A stretch of 64,000 bases of DNA. It comes from Nageia nagi. Lineage: Eukaryota > Plantae > Pinophyta. Of this stretch, positions 39,590-53,319 are shown piece after piece. The stretch spans positions 124,372,001-124,436,000 of the forward strand of contig JBITNC010000001.1 of NCBI GenBank assembly GCA_050084985.1, read 5' to 3'. How positions within the stretch are numbered: position 1 is the stretch's first letter; every line of letters starts with the position of its first letter. A model generated the notes under the pieces. That model searched no databases. It was not told the DNA's origin and saw only the letters and a program-made list of their open reading frames with translations. Made by a program: the position numbers and the translations under genes.

Positions 39590-41160
39590 GCTCTTATATT
39601 TTGCATATATATCTATAAAAAAATTTATCATAATTACATGTGAATAAAATTTATTTCTAAATATTTTTCATGAATCTTTATATCCTATTCTGAATTTATG
39701 TAAGTTACGTACATAGGAAGAATTCTTGCAAAAGTTATTGAATTTATCTTTAAACCACTTAAGTACATACTCTATAAAAGATTAAGAACTCCCAAATTAT
39801 ATATTTTCTATGTAAATCTTGTAATGATTATATTCTATGAGATTGTATTCCTTTCATATGTTTACCTAAAAAGTTTCATAACCTTCTCTAGAAGCACATT
39901 CTTCATACATAGTGCTATAATTTGAGTTTATGATATGATGCCTATACGATGCATTTTTTAAAACTCTTTTTAGCCTCATTAAGAAAATCATTATATGCAT
40001 ATCCTCTGATCATTGTAGTTTATTAAATTTCTCAAAAAGTTTTATGGCCTTGTTTAAAAGCCTATTATATGCATATCATGTAATTATCAAATTTCATGGG
40101 ATAGTGTATTTTTTACATTTTTTATTAAAATATTTTTTCAAAATCATAAATAAATCCATTCTATGCATATCCTTTAATCATTACATTTCATGAGCTTATA
40201 TTTATTCGACTAATCAATAAATATATTTTTCTTAAAATAATTAAGAGCCTATAAAATGTAGATTCTAAATTGTGTAAAATGTGAATATACATAATAAATA
40301 AAATATTCTATAATATAAAAAGAGCTATATATGTACACTATATCAAATACAATAAATATACATAAAAAGCATGCACCTGATATGAAGTGTATGTGCAATC
40401 CTCAAAAGCAAATGTCAATGTATCTTCAAAGGATTAGGACTGAATCAAAGGTGAGCTTGTAATGGATCTTCATATGTATGGATCAATAGCCTCTTTTAAT
40501 AAAATCTAAAATCCTCAATCCTCAAGATGTACATCATTAACATCCTTATGGAAGCATGTCATTAACAGTGTTGAATATGATGAATTATGGAGCATGCAAA
40601 AGATAGAAATTTTTAGAGCTCATAGTATAACAATTTCTCATAATAGATGGCATCAAAAGACCCTGTTACTTGATGAAGATTATGGTATAAAACCACCTAT
40701 TAGATATCTTATCATATGAAAGAGTTTCAAACTATGGAGGTTAACCAATTCCACTCCCATATATAGCCTAAAAAGATATAAAAAGGAGTAAAGGTTGACC
40801 TCTAGCAATAATATAATCATTGATGTATTCAAGATACTTTAAAATATGAACCATGGTAAATGATATAGCATTTAATATAACATATGATATTTCATTGTAA
40901 TATCAACTTTATCTTGATATTTTTTATATTGCAATAAGTCATTTAGGAAGTCTAAATATGATTTATCAAATAAATAATAAATTATTTTTAAACATTTACA
41001 TAAACCATGCCCATTCTACACATATCATGTGATCATTACATTCCATGAGATTATATATCATTTAGGTATTTTCTTAAAAAGTATTACTTCTTCATCAAGA
41101 AATTTATTTATACATACCTTGTAATCATCATATTCCATGAGGATATATTACATCTTTTAT
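39590..41160. repeat. Highly degenerate tandem array (ATGCATATC...ATCATTACATTTCATGAG core) interrupted by a solo LTR
   Basis: Core recurs at ~39995, ~40068, ~40163 and, after the LTR, at ~41018 and ~41110. Confidence 0.6.
40257..41000 (-). mobile_element. Solo LTR (744 bp), same family as 35238-35927, opposite orientation
   Basis: TGTAGA...TTTACA termini; reverse complement matches 35238 onward (ATATCAAGATAAAGTTGATATTACAATG, CATGGTTCATATTT); TSD TAAAA/TAAAC. Confidence 0.88.
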
Positions 41161-41949
41161 TTTGTCAAATAGTATGTGGGCTTTCTACATATTCCCAAAC
41201 TCATCATATATAATATTAACAATAACTAATTCCCAAACTCATAAGCTTTTTGAATGTAACAATATAATATATAGACATACATGAAGGATTCCACGATGTA
41301 ATGAATATTATGCAAGGAATGTAAAGCCTTATTGAGATAACCCTTATTACAAAGTTCAATGATAGGATGGGAGTGGTAGTGTGTAGGTGGTGGGTATTTT
41401 TCTTATCAAAAGAGAGTGTGAGATACACCCAACAAATATTCTAAATGTACACTTATTAATTATTGTATTTTCTTAAAGGAATATTTGTAGGTACACTCAT
41501 CTAACACTTGGAGAAGTATGTTATGCTAAAATACCTCTTATATGAATATTGACTTGTGATGATTAACAATGGGAGTGTGGATATGCTTTACCTTCTATAT
41601 AAGACTTTCTATTGAATGAAACACTATAGAAGATAGATATATGTGGAGGATTCTATGTTATGAACATTATGAAACACTTATTTTATCTCATTGAGATGAT
41701 CCTCTTTACATAATGCTAGTGGAAGTAGGTAGTGTAAAGTGTTACAATGGTAGTGGAAGTGGGCAATGTAGAGTTGGCTGATATTTAAGCACAAACAGAT
41801 ATCTCTAGTATAATACATTTTTTTAAATTAAAAAATGAATGTTGAAAATCATCATATCAATTTTTTAAAGGGTGATTTAAAATATTTTATTTGATAAAAC
41901 AACCTAATTATTTTGTTGCTTTTAAATATTTAAAATAGTAGTTTTAATC

Positions 41950-42138
41950 CCCGAATATGATGGTTTCAAATTATCCTAATATCTTTAATTAACGATGGTT
42001 TTTAGAGGCAATCTTAAACCATCATTATAGGATGTTAAATTTTTAATGATATCCCCAATGATGATGAAGTCAAAACCATTGTTAAATTTATTTTATGATG
42101 AAAATAAACTATCATTAAAGGTACTTTTTAGTGTAGTC
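41950..42138. mobile_element. Probable CACTA terminus with subterminal repeats
   Basis: Repeated AACGATGGTTT / AAACCATCATTA / AAACCATTGTTAA in both orientations, ending TTTTTAGTGTAGTC (degenerate ...TAGTG terminus). Confidence 0.6.
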
Positions 42139-42699
42139 ACAAAAATTATAAATGATTTAAAAGTTATAACATAGTCAAAGATCAATCCAATATCTACCTT
42201 ACAAGAAGTGCTAAGAAAAATGTTAATGTAGGTCAAGTCAAACTTGGAAGATCAAATGAAGGAGTCATAAGAGAAAAATAAATTACTAAGCATATAAATG
42301 AAGGAAAATATATAACATTTAAAAATTATGGGAAAGTAACACTTCCAAAAATAGATAAAAAAATGAAATCGAAAGAAAGTACCAGAAGCCCCAAGGATAG
42401 GAAAATATTGGAGGAATATTTGAATAAAAATATATAATATTAATATATTATATATGATTGTTATCTCAATTTTGAATTTTATTATCTATAATTTAAAATA
42501 TTATACAACTACTTAAAAAATCTATTTAGAAAATATTTTAGATTCCTATGTTAAAAACTCCTTTCAATTTAAAAAATGGAGAGTGAGGAGAATAGGCAGA
42601 AGTGCTCAACTATAACTTTCCTTTAACGCTCTTATACTTAGATCATAGAGATAAGAATTTTAAACCTAAGTATTTTTTAGCCTTGGAAGGAAGTAAAAA

Positions 42700-43345
42700 G
42701 ATACTTTGATCATTATGATGAGAACCTGCTAATTTTATTTACAAATAATCCCTTGACTTATCTCAAAATCAAGGATGAAGAAGTTGGTATTAATTTACAA
42801 GAGTTGAGAATATGTGCAATCATTTGCAAAATTAGAGGTAAAAAACCAAGTGGGGAAGAGATGGAGAAGTTAATTGAAGATTTTTAGAATTGTAAATGTC
42901 TCATTGTGCTACTTCCTTGTAATTTTTTTATGGTCATCTTTTAGGATCTTGAAGAAAAAGATTGGGTTTCAAAAAATAAATAACATTATTTTTTTAAGAT
43001 TATGAATTTTAATTCCCTCATTGAAAAAATTACAAGTTGCCTAGTTTGGGTGAACTTGTATACCCTATAAGTAGGATTCTAGAGTAAAAGAGCTATTATA
43101 AAGATTAAAAATGATATTGGAGTATTTGTAGATGTAGATAAATATGTAATGAAGAATATGGATGAGCATCTTGATATTTGCAAGGTAAGAATTATGGTAT
43201 GGATGAACACTTATACTCCTTATTCATAATCAATGACCTTAACTTCAAGTTGGTGGAATTGGACCCAAAGAGTTGAATATAAGAATGTCTCTCTAAGGTG
43301 TTAATACTATCAATAAAATGGGCATATGAAGAAGAATTGTACCTC
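42700..43345 (+). pseudogene. L1-type LINE ORF1 remnant (DUF4283 plus zinc knuckle)
   Basis: AIICKIRGKKPS...NFFMVIF*DLEEKDWV; LVWVNLYTL*VGF*S...IGVFVDVD; WTQRVEYKNVSLRC*YYQ*NGHMKKNC. Confidence 0.8.
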
Positions 43346-44790
43346 CCAAAAAATATAGGAATTTGTTATCCAATTTAAATCACCTTCCTTGGAGAAAGTT
43401 GTAACATTTGATCTACATATGGTAGTGTTACTAATGGTATTTATCGAAAATAAGAGGAGCATATATTGGTGGCAATCAACAATTTGATTGGTGCTACAAA
43501 ATTAGACTCTTATAAAATTTAAAACTATATGATGATAAAGAGGATTATAGTTGAATGGAAAAGTATTCAATTGAAAAAAAAGAATTTCATAATACTTAGA
43601 AATGTTTTGTTCACAAAAAAGTCTCTTAAGTTAAAATATTTAATCATCAAGTTTGTTCCAAAGATAAGATCTCTTATTCTTATCTTGAAATAGCCCATGA
43701 AAGGCTCAATGGTAATGAAACTTACATTATCTTAGATATTATCTTAGAAGTTTAAAATGTAGAAATACCTTTGATGGAATTTCAAATATGAAGGAAGAAA
43801 ATTCACATATGTCAAAATAGAGCCTTAATTGTAAGAAACACTATTCATAGTTGGCTCCTCTTTTTCAAGTTAGACTTTGAATGTACTACTTATGTAAAAT
43901 GCTATAGTTGTACTAATAGAGAATGTGATGATTGTAGCAAGCAAAATTATTAGGAATTAGTGAATTTTTGACCAAAATAATGGTAATATAAAATATGTCT
44001 CAAAACTAATATCATGAGTATCATTTTTCTAATAGTATAGATTTCAATCCATGTATAAAAAAATATTTTTAATAAATTTACTTTTGAAAAAAAAAAAGAA
44101 CTTTCAATTTATTGTAAAAATAAAAAGAAAAATCATACTATATGCATACTTTTATATAATATCTTATTTTTATTTAAAAATCTTTATTAAAATTTGTATT
44201 TACTTTTTTATTCAATATAAAATGATCACCATCTTCAAAAATATACTATAAAAATCAGTCTTTAAATTCTTTAGAAAAACCTATAACTAACTCAACTTTA
44301 ATCTTCAAATCACCTCATTAATATTTATTTGGTGTTTCCTCCCTTTTGAATCAAATCTATTACCTCTAATAACTAAATATTCTCCATCAAACTACATTAT
44401 AAAGGTTTAAATATTAAAAAAAAAAAAATGTTAATGTCACTAAGAACGCTTTTTAGCTTTGTTCATGCATACTCTAATATACACATCCTCAATTTTTTTT
44501 TTTTTGGCCAATTAATTAGATTGTATTTATACCACTCCAAAGTACCAGTATAACTTGCAAAGCAGAGATTCTGTAACCCCAAAAAGGTCCTACACACATT
44601 TTTAGAATAAAAAGAGTATCTAAAAACAAAAAACTTACATAACTAAAATCGTTTCTTTCGTGCCACAATGCCATTCAAGAAGGAAGCCATGCAAAACTGT
44701 AAAGGAACTCATCAACCAAGCAAATATTGAAGCTTATATAAAGCTAATGTACACACAAGATGCATTACCAATACCATCTATCGGATTCAC

Positions 44791-46776
44791 CTATCTGCCT
44801 ACCTGGTAATCAGAATCGACCTTGTAACATCTTCTTCTTGAACTGTTCTCGTAATCCCCGAACTTCCAAGCAAATAGTTCTGCTTCATCAGTTGCATGAT
44901 CAATGAAGCTGCTTTGCTCAGAATTCATTTCGAATGAAGATGGGCAAGAGATCTCATTTTCTGCAAGTGGAGCTTGGCCTTTCAGAATTTGCAGTACAGT
45001 TCTCATGCAAAACCTTGATTCTGGCCGAGGATGAGAACAATAAATCCCCACTTTAAGAAATCTCTCCACCTTTTCTGGGTTGTAATCGCCATTGAGATTT
45101 GGATCCACAGCATCCAGCAATTTTCCCCTTTCATGCAAAAACCTCACCCAATCTATCAGAACAACTTGGTCCTCGCCCTTGGATTTATCAATCGGCCTTC
45201 TTCCACAAACAACTTCCAGCATAACAATCCCAAAGCTGAATACTTCAGACTTTGGAGATACCTTGCCTGTCTTGGTAAATTCCGGAGCAATATATCCAAC
45301 AGTTCCCGCTACCCGAGTTGTTTGAGGATTTTGAGTGTGGTCATATAGACGAGCAAGCCCAAAATCCCCCAACTTGGCATTGAAGTCTGAATCGAGCAGC
45401 ACATTGCTGGATTTGATGTCTCTATGAACAACCGTATGATCCCATTCCTCGTGAAGATACAACAGCCCCGCCGCTACGTCCTTAAGGATCGCGTAGCTTT
45501 GAGGCCAGGGAAGAACCTCCTTTGGGTTCCCGAATATCATCTTATCAAGGCTTCCCTTTGGCATGAGATCGTAGACGATGAAGAGATGTTTATTCTTTCT
45601 GCACCATCACCGTAGTTGGACAAGGTTTCCGTGATGGAGACGACCAACGCTCGAAATTTCGGCGATAAAATTCTTCATTCCCTCCGTGGAATCCCTCGTG
45701 ATGCATTTCACTGCAACTTGGACGCCATTCCTGGGAAGAATGCCTCTGTAAACACGACCGAAAGACCCACTGCCCAAGATCTGCTCATCTCGGAATCCTT
45801 GTGTGGCGGCATCAAGCTCGTTGTAGGGAATTCTGTGAGGCCAATACTCTTAACTCCCATTCCTCTATTGATTCTCTGTTCCTCCGCTTCCTCAGCCAAA
45901 GGAATACAAAGAAAACAGGGACCATAAGGGCAATAAGGGATACTAGAGCAATAGCCGCTTTGAATCTGCCGTATTGAGTGATGGGCTTCTTTCTGATAAA
46001 ACAGGGGAGACCTGAGAGATCAAGGAGCGGCGCCTTACCGTCCGTGCTGAAGCTCCAGCGGAAAATATGATGGTCTTCTGCAAATTCTTTTCCTGTAGAC
46101 GACGAAAACCCCACATACATCTCTTCTTTCAGAACTCCAGAAAGATTGAAATTTCCTACGGATATCAGTGGCTTGGTAGGCTTCTCCATCCCGGCTAACG
46201 CAAGAGTGACAGTAAGCGAGTCCAATAAATGATCGTAATCGATCCAGGCTTGTATATTCTCTCCGCTTTTGGGATCCAATTTCAGAGTTTTTCCGTCCAT
46301 CCAATAGGCTGCAGGCTGAGGTTTTAAAGACCTAAGGCTTTTGATATCGACGCCAACATGGTTGTCATCGATATCATCAAATTCATCATTTGCAAAGAGA
46401 TGGTTGGATTCGAGTCCATTTGTGCTCTTATTCAATAACCCAAGGTACTGGTATTCTGTGGCGCCATTGAGGGACTTGTCAGGCGTCATGAAGAAAGCCG
46501 GCCCATGCCCACCAAACCGTGGAGGATGAACCACAATAGAGAAGACAAAGCTAGTGCTGACTTCACTCTGATGGGAGTAGGGTATAGAGCTCGACCGAGC
46601 AAAAGCCCAGAATGATTTGTAAGGGTGATCACTTGTTCAGATTGTATAAAAGCATCCTTTATCAATAATAAACTTGATTCGTTGAACTCATTGAAGATGA
46701 AGGTCTTGGTGGCAACCAACTGCCATGGCAGCAGGAGGGAAAGAGAGAATGTGATCAATTTCTCAACAGACAGCAT
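44791..46776 (-). pseudogene. L-type (legume) lectin receptor-like kinase pseudogene, intronless
   Basis: Signal peptide; lectin domain (GRALY, STSFVF, GGHG, NHLFA, DNHVG, AWIDYD, MYVGFSSSTG); TM helix; kinase (GSGSFG, VAVK, HRDIKSSN, DFG, GTVGYIAPE). Lesions: frameshift deletion ~46560, in-frame loss of the VEFDT motif ~46390, +1 frameshift ~45850, TGA at 45607-45609. Confidence 0.95.
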
Positions 46777-47559
46777 TATTTCTTCAGAAAAAAAATGAAA
46801 CCCAATCCTCGAAGACTCTAACTCTAATTAATATACCATGGATCGACTTCTGGGCTGGAAGAAGTGGTATGGTCTACAGTGCATCGATAATTTAGAGGCC
46901 TTGGATATTGCGGATAATCGGTAAAAGGGTGGCAAAGGTGGAGAGTTGAGAATTCGTGGGGTCGCAAGCAGAGCTTCCCGACTAATCGACAATTTCCCTT
47001 TGATGGTTCCTTCCCTTTTAAAGGCTTTGTGGCCTTTGTGTTCCCTACTTACAAAAAGTAATCAAGAATTTTTTGCTTCCTTTTCCTGACCATGGGTGCA
47101 TCTTTTCGACCACCACGATAGGACTGGTATCATACTTCATGAGCATGACATGAGGTTATACATCCTCTTTCTTTTTCTCTTTTCTTGTGAAAGGTTTCAC
47201 ACAAGCTCTTCCTTTGCTAACAGTTTGTGAATAGACTTTTATTGACATTTTAATCCATCATACCATATTGATAGGTGTTCTCCACATTTTTAATATTTAG
47301 CATGTTAAATATACAAAATTTAAGTAATTCACATACTTCTTATTTCTTTTGGAATTTCAAGCTCCTTATCTCTTTGTAGGAATTATCTTTTTTTAGTTGG
47401 GCTTCATGCTTCTAATCAACGTTCACTCCCTTAACAAGATTATGAACTTTATTCTTTGTATACTTTTTTGATAGGTTTTTGTTTCTAACTTTTTTCTTTT
47501 TTTTTTCAGTTGGATAGATTAGTTCAAGAAGTAATTTTTGGATATTTCTCTTTTAGTCT

Positions 47560-50500
47560 AAGAGCAGAAGAACACCATTGTTGCACATGTTGAGCGAATC
47601 TCTCAATTGGAAGAGACAAAAATACCATCAATGCACAAGTTGAGTGCATCTCACAATTGAAAAATTTAATAACCAGGCTTCAATAAGAGATTTGCCCTAG
47701 AACACAAATCACAGAAGAAGTTTCCAACCTGAATGTTGAAGTCATAGCAAGTCATGAGGATCAAAAGGATATTGCTTCCAATCTAAAGGTAGTAAATTGT
47801 GCTAATATTGACCATCTTTATGCTGAGCCCTCTACAAATTGAGAAGATAAAAAAAGTCTAGCATCCAAACTGGAGACATCAAATACGAAAACAACTTGGG
47901 CCTAGGTAGTAAGGGGTTATAAATACAAGAAACCACCCCTTCTTGTAGATGAAGTATTTCAAGCTAAATTTGTAGAGGAATGGAAAGAAAACTCAAACCA
48001 CTAAAACTTTGTATGAGAGGCTTGAAATAGCAAGGGGATTCTATGATAATTGTCACAAAATTTCTACACAATACCTTAAATCAAAAGGAAACTATACCAT
48101 GATGAGCATGGTGTACATAAGACAACTCTCTGATCATCTTCTTCTACACTCTTCAAGACATACTTGAGGTCCTTAAATCCAAGAAGATTCTTTTTAGTAT
48201 GAATCATAAGATTTATCTTGATACAAATTTAACTAGATTATAGTATAAAAAAATTAAAAATAATAGAAATTGAATAATAGAATCACAAAAACAAGGTAAA
48301 TGGGTTATTCTTTGAAATTATGAAGCATGGATTAAAGATACCCCTCCAGTAGGTTGGTCCAAACCTTAGTCAATTTGCTCAACATGACACTAGGCTCTGA
48401 ATCTTTAGACTAATTTACCAATCACTATTTGGAATTATGATGGTTCTCTCTTCTTTTCCCTAGGTTTACTAGATGATGTGATTCAAAAAAAGAGATATTA
48501 TATTATTCACATAAACTCATGAGACTAGCATGAAGTCACTCCCCTCCTATATATGTTACTCATGGTTATTTGTACTCATATTGAAGAATAGACATGGTAC
48601 TAAAGGGTTCAAGAGGTATTGCTTATTTATTCCATGATCATATTTCCTTTTCTATACATTTGAAGTGTTTAGAATCTCATGCCATATTTATGTAGACCTC
48701 TCTAGACATAAATCCACCACTTAGTTGACTCTATATATCAATATGTTATTTTCCCCAACCTAATAATCATATGTTATGAAAACAAATGAGATTCACCATA
48801 TTTATATGTTTTTCTAAAATAATTTAAATTCTCCTCCCTTGATGATATTCTACTTGTGGGTGATTTCAATGCTCATACAAGCATTGCACAATGCTCTATA
48901 TATGATATTTCTGTAGATCCATTATCTCCAAATGAGCCTGATCATGATAGTTTGGGAATTTTTCATTTCTCAGTTGATGCAAATACTACTATCACACCTT
49001 ATGGTAAGCATCTAATTAACCTTAGTAAATTTTATGATTTAATCATTCTATATGGAATCAAATAGTTTCCTCTCTCCAATAATTTCATATATTTTCCTCA
49101 TACTGGCGAAGATAGTGTAGTTGACTATGTGATGGCCAACCTACCTTTTTCCTTAATAATATCTAATTTGTGCATCTCAATTGTACCTCCTTTAGTAGAT
49201 CATGTCTTCCTCACATTTAACCTTCCATTTATTCAAAAAACTTGAACCTATCCCTACACCTCATCCAAATATAATTACAAACATCCACTTTAACCATAGT
49301 TATGGTGATACATACATAGAAAAAGTTAAAACATACCTTACCCATATTCACACTATTTAGTATCCCATTAAGAAAGTGAATTGGTCCTCCAAAGCATTAT
49401 GGTTGGCAGTTGTTGAGTATTTTCCCTATTCCACCCACTCTTTTCATCAATCTTATGGCCAGTACCCTTGTAACTCATGATTTTACATATAATGTAAAGC
49501 TTTACATAGGCTCACTTAGTTATTAAGGCATTTTAATTCCTTGAATTACAAGCTAGCCTAAAACCACTATCATTCCTTTATTAAGAAAAAAATATCGATT
49601 CTTATCAAGAAAAAGTTAAGAAATTACAAACATGCTCATACTTAACCCAAAATAATTTTGCATATGTTCCTACCCAAAAAGAAATTTTATCTAATTTTCG
49701 ACCCTCACACTTGGTACACCTATGCTGGTTCACTCTATGATATCCCAAACTATGACCCAATTATCCCCAACCCATGACCATCACATTATAACTTCTTTAC
49801 TAATAGAATTATTTTTTAAGCTATTCATAAACTATAGATTGGTAAAGTAGTGAACATTAATAATTTGAAAGCATAATTTCTTAAACATATCCTATAGTCT
49901 TGGTTGCACATATTGCCAAACTATTCAAACATATAGTTACTCATGGGTTCCCATCCTCTTAGTTTTGAATATTATACATCCCATCTATAAATTTGGAGAT
50001 TCATTAAATCCAAATAATTACAGAACTATTATAGTTGACCATACTCTTGCAAACAATTTTGCAACAATTCTTGATGTTTTTATCTCCAATTTTTTTTAGG
50101 CTAAGAATTTTCGTGCAAAAAGGAATGTTGATTTTAAAATAAATTATTGCAATTACGATCATATTCTAACTCTCAAAGCTATCATTCAAGAAGACAAATT
50201 TAGTAAATGCAAAGTTTATTATTATTTTGTAGACTTCATGAAGCCATCTGATATTGTTCCTAGGAAGTTATTATTTGAGAAGTTGAAGGATATAGGAATT
50301 CTAAAGGAGATTATTTTATTGGTTATGATCATATATGAAAAGTTACTAAATAGGATTAGAGTGGATCTATTAAAACAATATATGTCTATAGTAACATAGG
50401 GGTGAAACAAGGTTGTTTGCTCTTACCTACATTCTTTAGATTATATACTGATGAATTAGAGATGCTCATTCTTTGGTTAATAGAACAAGTTTCTTATTTT

Positions 50501-52050
50501 ATAGTAGTGTTATTGTTATTTATCTATTTGTTGATGATTTTATCCTAGTATCACACCCAACAACAAGACTTCAATAGAATCTTAACGTTCTTGGTACATA
50601 CTTTTACTTACATGGGATAGAGGTTAAACTCTAGAAAATAAAAGTCATGGTATTCAACCTACCTAGGAAATATCTCTCTTCAATTCACATCACTTACAAA
50701 GTAAAGGTTGTTGAGATTGCCACATCAAACATATACATGGGAGTTCCTTTCACAAGACCTACCTTCAACTTGATCCCTACATCCCAAGAAAGGCTACATA
50801 AAGGTTATGTTGACCTAGCCTCTCTAAAAAAAGCAATGCCTTCAGGTCCATTTTCAAGACATTAATATGAAGATCAAACTATTCCATACTACTCTATAGT
50901 TGTGAAGTTTGGGTATATAGCCTAAGATAATTGGATTGATCTCATATTAAAAGGGTCCTTATCTCCATGTTTTCCAAGTTCATTCTCTCCAAAAGAAATA
51001 TTACACATCCCATCATTTTAGTTGAGTTTGGTGCTAATTGATTATCTATAATAATAATATTTTATGTTATCCCTTTTTTTCATAGACTTCATTGTATGGT
51101 TGATGTTAGAAGATATCCAAGCACTACAATCCTTAATATAGCTAGCCAATCAAGGGATCAAAAATTATTGGTATGCTTAAACTACTACTCTACTTCAATC
51201 ACATGGCTTGGATGTCATGAAGCCTTCTCCTAATAAGTTATCAATCAATGCATCATATTCTAATAAAGAGATTCGATATGAGATTTTTTCAACATATGTA
51301 AAATCTATTTAAAATTATCCAAATGAACCTTTGTCACCAAAATTAATCTATTACTCACAATTTTATCTTCAACTATAGAATAAATTGATTGCTACTCTAA
51401 AATATAACTTGCTACAAATATCACATAGTCTTATATTCCCTCTAGCCTAACTATGAGTTTGCTCCCACTAGTTATGTATTGAGATAGATCATCACCTCCT
51501 CATAGATCAACATATTTGTAGATTATGCAATCTTGATGTGGAATCTAAGGAGCATTTATTTTTACTTGTCTTATTTATTATGATATAAGTGGTACATATT
51601 ATTGCTTATTCAGAGAAACCCATATACTAAAATCTTGGATTAATTAGGAAGATCAAAGATGCATCATCCTTTTTATCTAATAATTATTAAATATCAAGAA
51701 AATCCTACTTAATAACATTTTAGAGAAGATAACTATATCTAAACTCATCTCTTCATTCTTATAGCTTCAAGAAGCCACAACCAAGAAGCGTCAAGATGAT
51801 CATAATGATATAATAATATCAACTCTTCATCAATTCCAACAAATACTTTTTATGATGACATTGAACTCTTATATCACTCAATTCTTTTTAGCTCTAAATG
51901 TTGGGAGTAATCCTTGATTTGTAATTTTTGTATATCATATGTTATATTGTTTATTATTTTCATATGTTTCATTTTATTTTATTTTTTTCTCTTGTCCTCT
52001 TTTAATAACCAATGGATATTAACGTAAATTCAAATTCAAGTTCAAATTTA
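47560..52050 (+). mobile_element. Decayed two-ORF APE-type LINE with microsatellite tail (RTEX/L2/CR1-like rather than L1)
   Basis: ORF1 ~47560-48369 (coiled coil, IYLD.NLT..QGKW); APE (IWN, GDFNAHT, SVVDY, DH); RT (NPNNYRTI, FVDFMK, GVKQGC, FVDD); C-terminal CRLC...EH..TC zinc finger ~51520-51570; tail AAATTCAAATTCAAGTTCAAATT; 5' boundary uncertain. Confidence 0.85.
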
Positions 52051-52571
52051 GCCTGATCCTATTCTTTTTGTTTCATTCTTCTTGAACATTATCATTTATC
52101 ATACTTATCGATCTTAAAAATGCTATTTTGAATTTTTTTTTAAAAAAAATTCTCATATTTTTACCATTAATTAGGTTCTAGATTCAAATTCTTGGCTATA
52201 TATTTATCCTAAACTATCAAAAATTTGTAAAACTTTTAGTACAAAATTCCCTTCTCCTAAACATAGATTCTCGCTCATGATGCTCCTATGCATCACTAGA
52301 AACGTTTAGACTATAGAAAGAGTAAAGTTATGATTGATACTTTTTTTCTATCAACATGAAAGTAAAGGATAAAAAACCAATAGTTACACTTTATATAAAC
52401 AATCATAGCTTGAAATAAATATTTTCCTAATATATGATTGCAAAACCCATAGTTTTTATAATGAAAGTGAAATCTTCTCTTATTAATACAACTTGAACAA
52501 ACCTAACCTTCACTATCAAGATGAGATCAAGCATTCTAGATACTATAAATATCTATCATAGTTATTGTGAG

Positions 52572-53319
52572 TATAGACATCTAAGTTTAATTTTTGGTTC
52601 ATTAAAGATACTAATTTAGGTATCTAAATGATTTAATTATTTAGAGGGAATATCAATATTGTAAAATTCAATTTTCACAAGTAAAGTCATGTAATGTAAT
52701 GTTATCCTATCACTTTTGTAAAGGTATATAAGGAGACATCAAAGGTATTTCAATATATAAATCTCTTTAGTAAATACGTTGTCAACACTCTTGATCAAAT
52801 TTTTTGTCACACTTATAAGCTCCTAAATATCATCATTATGAATTTGAGACATCAAGACACTCAGCTATTTCTTATGATAAATTAGAGAACTTTTCATTCT
52901 AAAATGATAAGTTTTAAGCTAAAATAAGACTTTCATTATTATAAAAATCCCTTATATAAGGGTTGATCATGATCCTATTTCAAGCATAAAGGGCCAACCA
53001 AAGCTCTACTTTTGCAATATAATCACTCTAAAAAAAGTTAAGAAAGATTTTAATTCTAATTTAGGGCTCCTATGGCCTCTATTTCTCATTTTTAATTAAT
53101 TCATAAATGTTTTGAACCACTATTTCACTTCCAACTTGGTTTCATACACTAATACATAGGGAGTAGCTTGTTAATTATTGAGTTTGATCCTAACTCTTGC
53201 AAAATCTAGGATAAATATCAACCCCAAAATCATTATATTCTCAAATGCACTTTTGAAATGACAAATATCTTTAAATAATTATACAAAGCATCACATTTTC
53301 TTTTTTATTTTGGTATACA
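52572..53319 (+). mobile_element. Possible Tat-family solo LTR
   Basis: TATAGAC...GTATACA termini; TATATAAGGAGACATCAAAGGT resembles TATATAAAGACATCAAAGGT in the 10716 LTR; no TSD found. Confidence 0.45.

Noticed and set aside
45031-46529. Several plus-strand and alternate-frame ORFs over the LecRK
   Set aside because: Antisense or out-of-frame shadows of the kinase gene; no recognisable motifs
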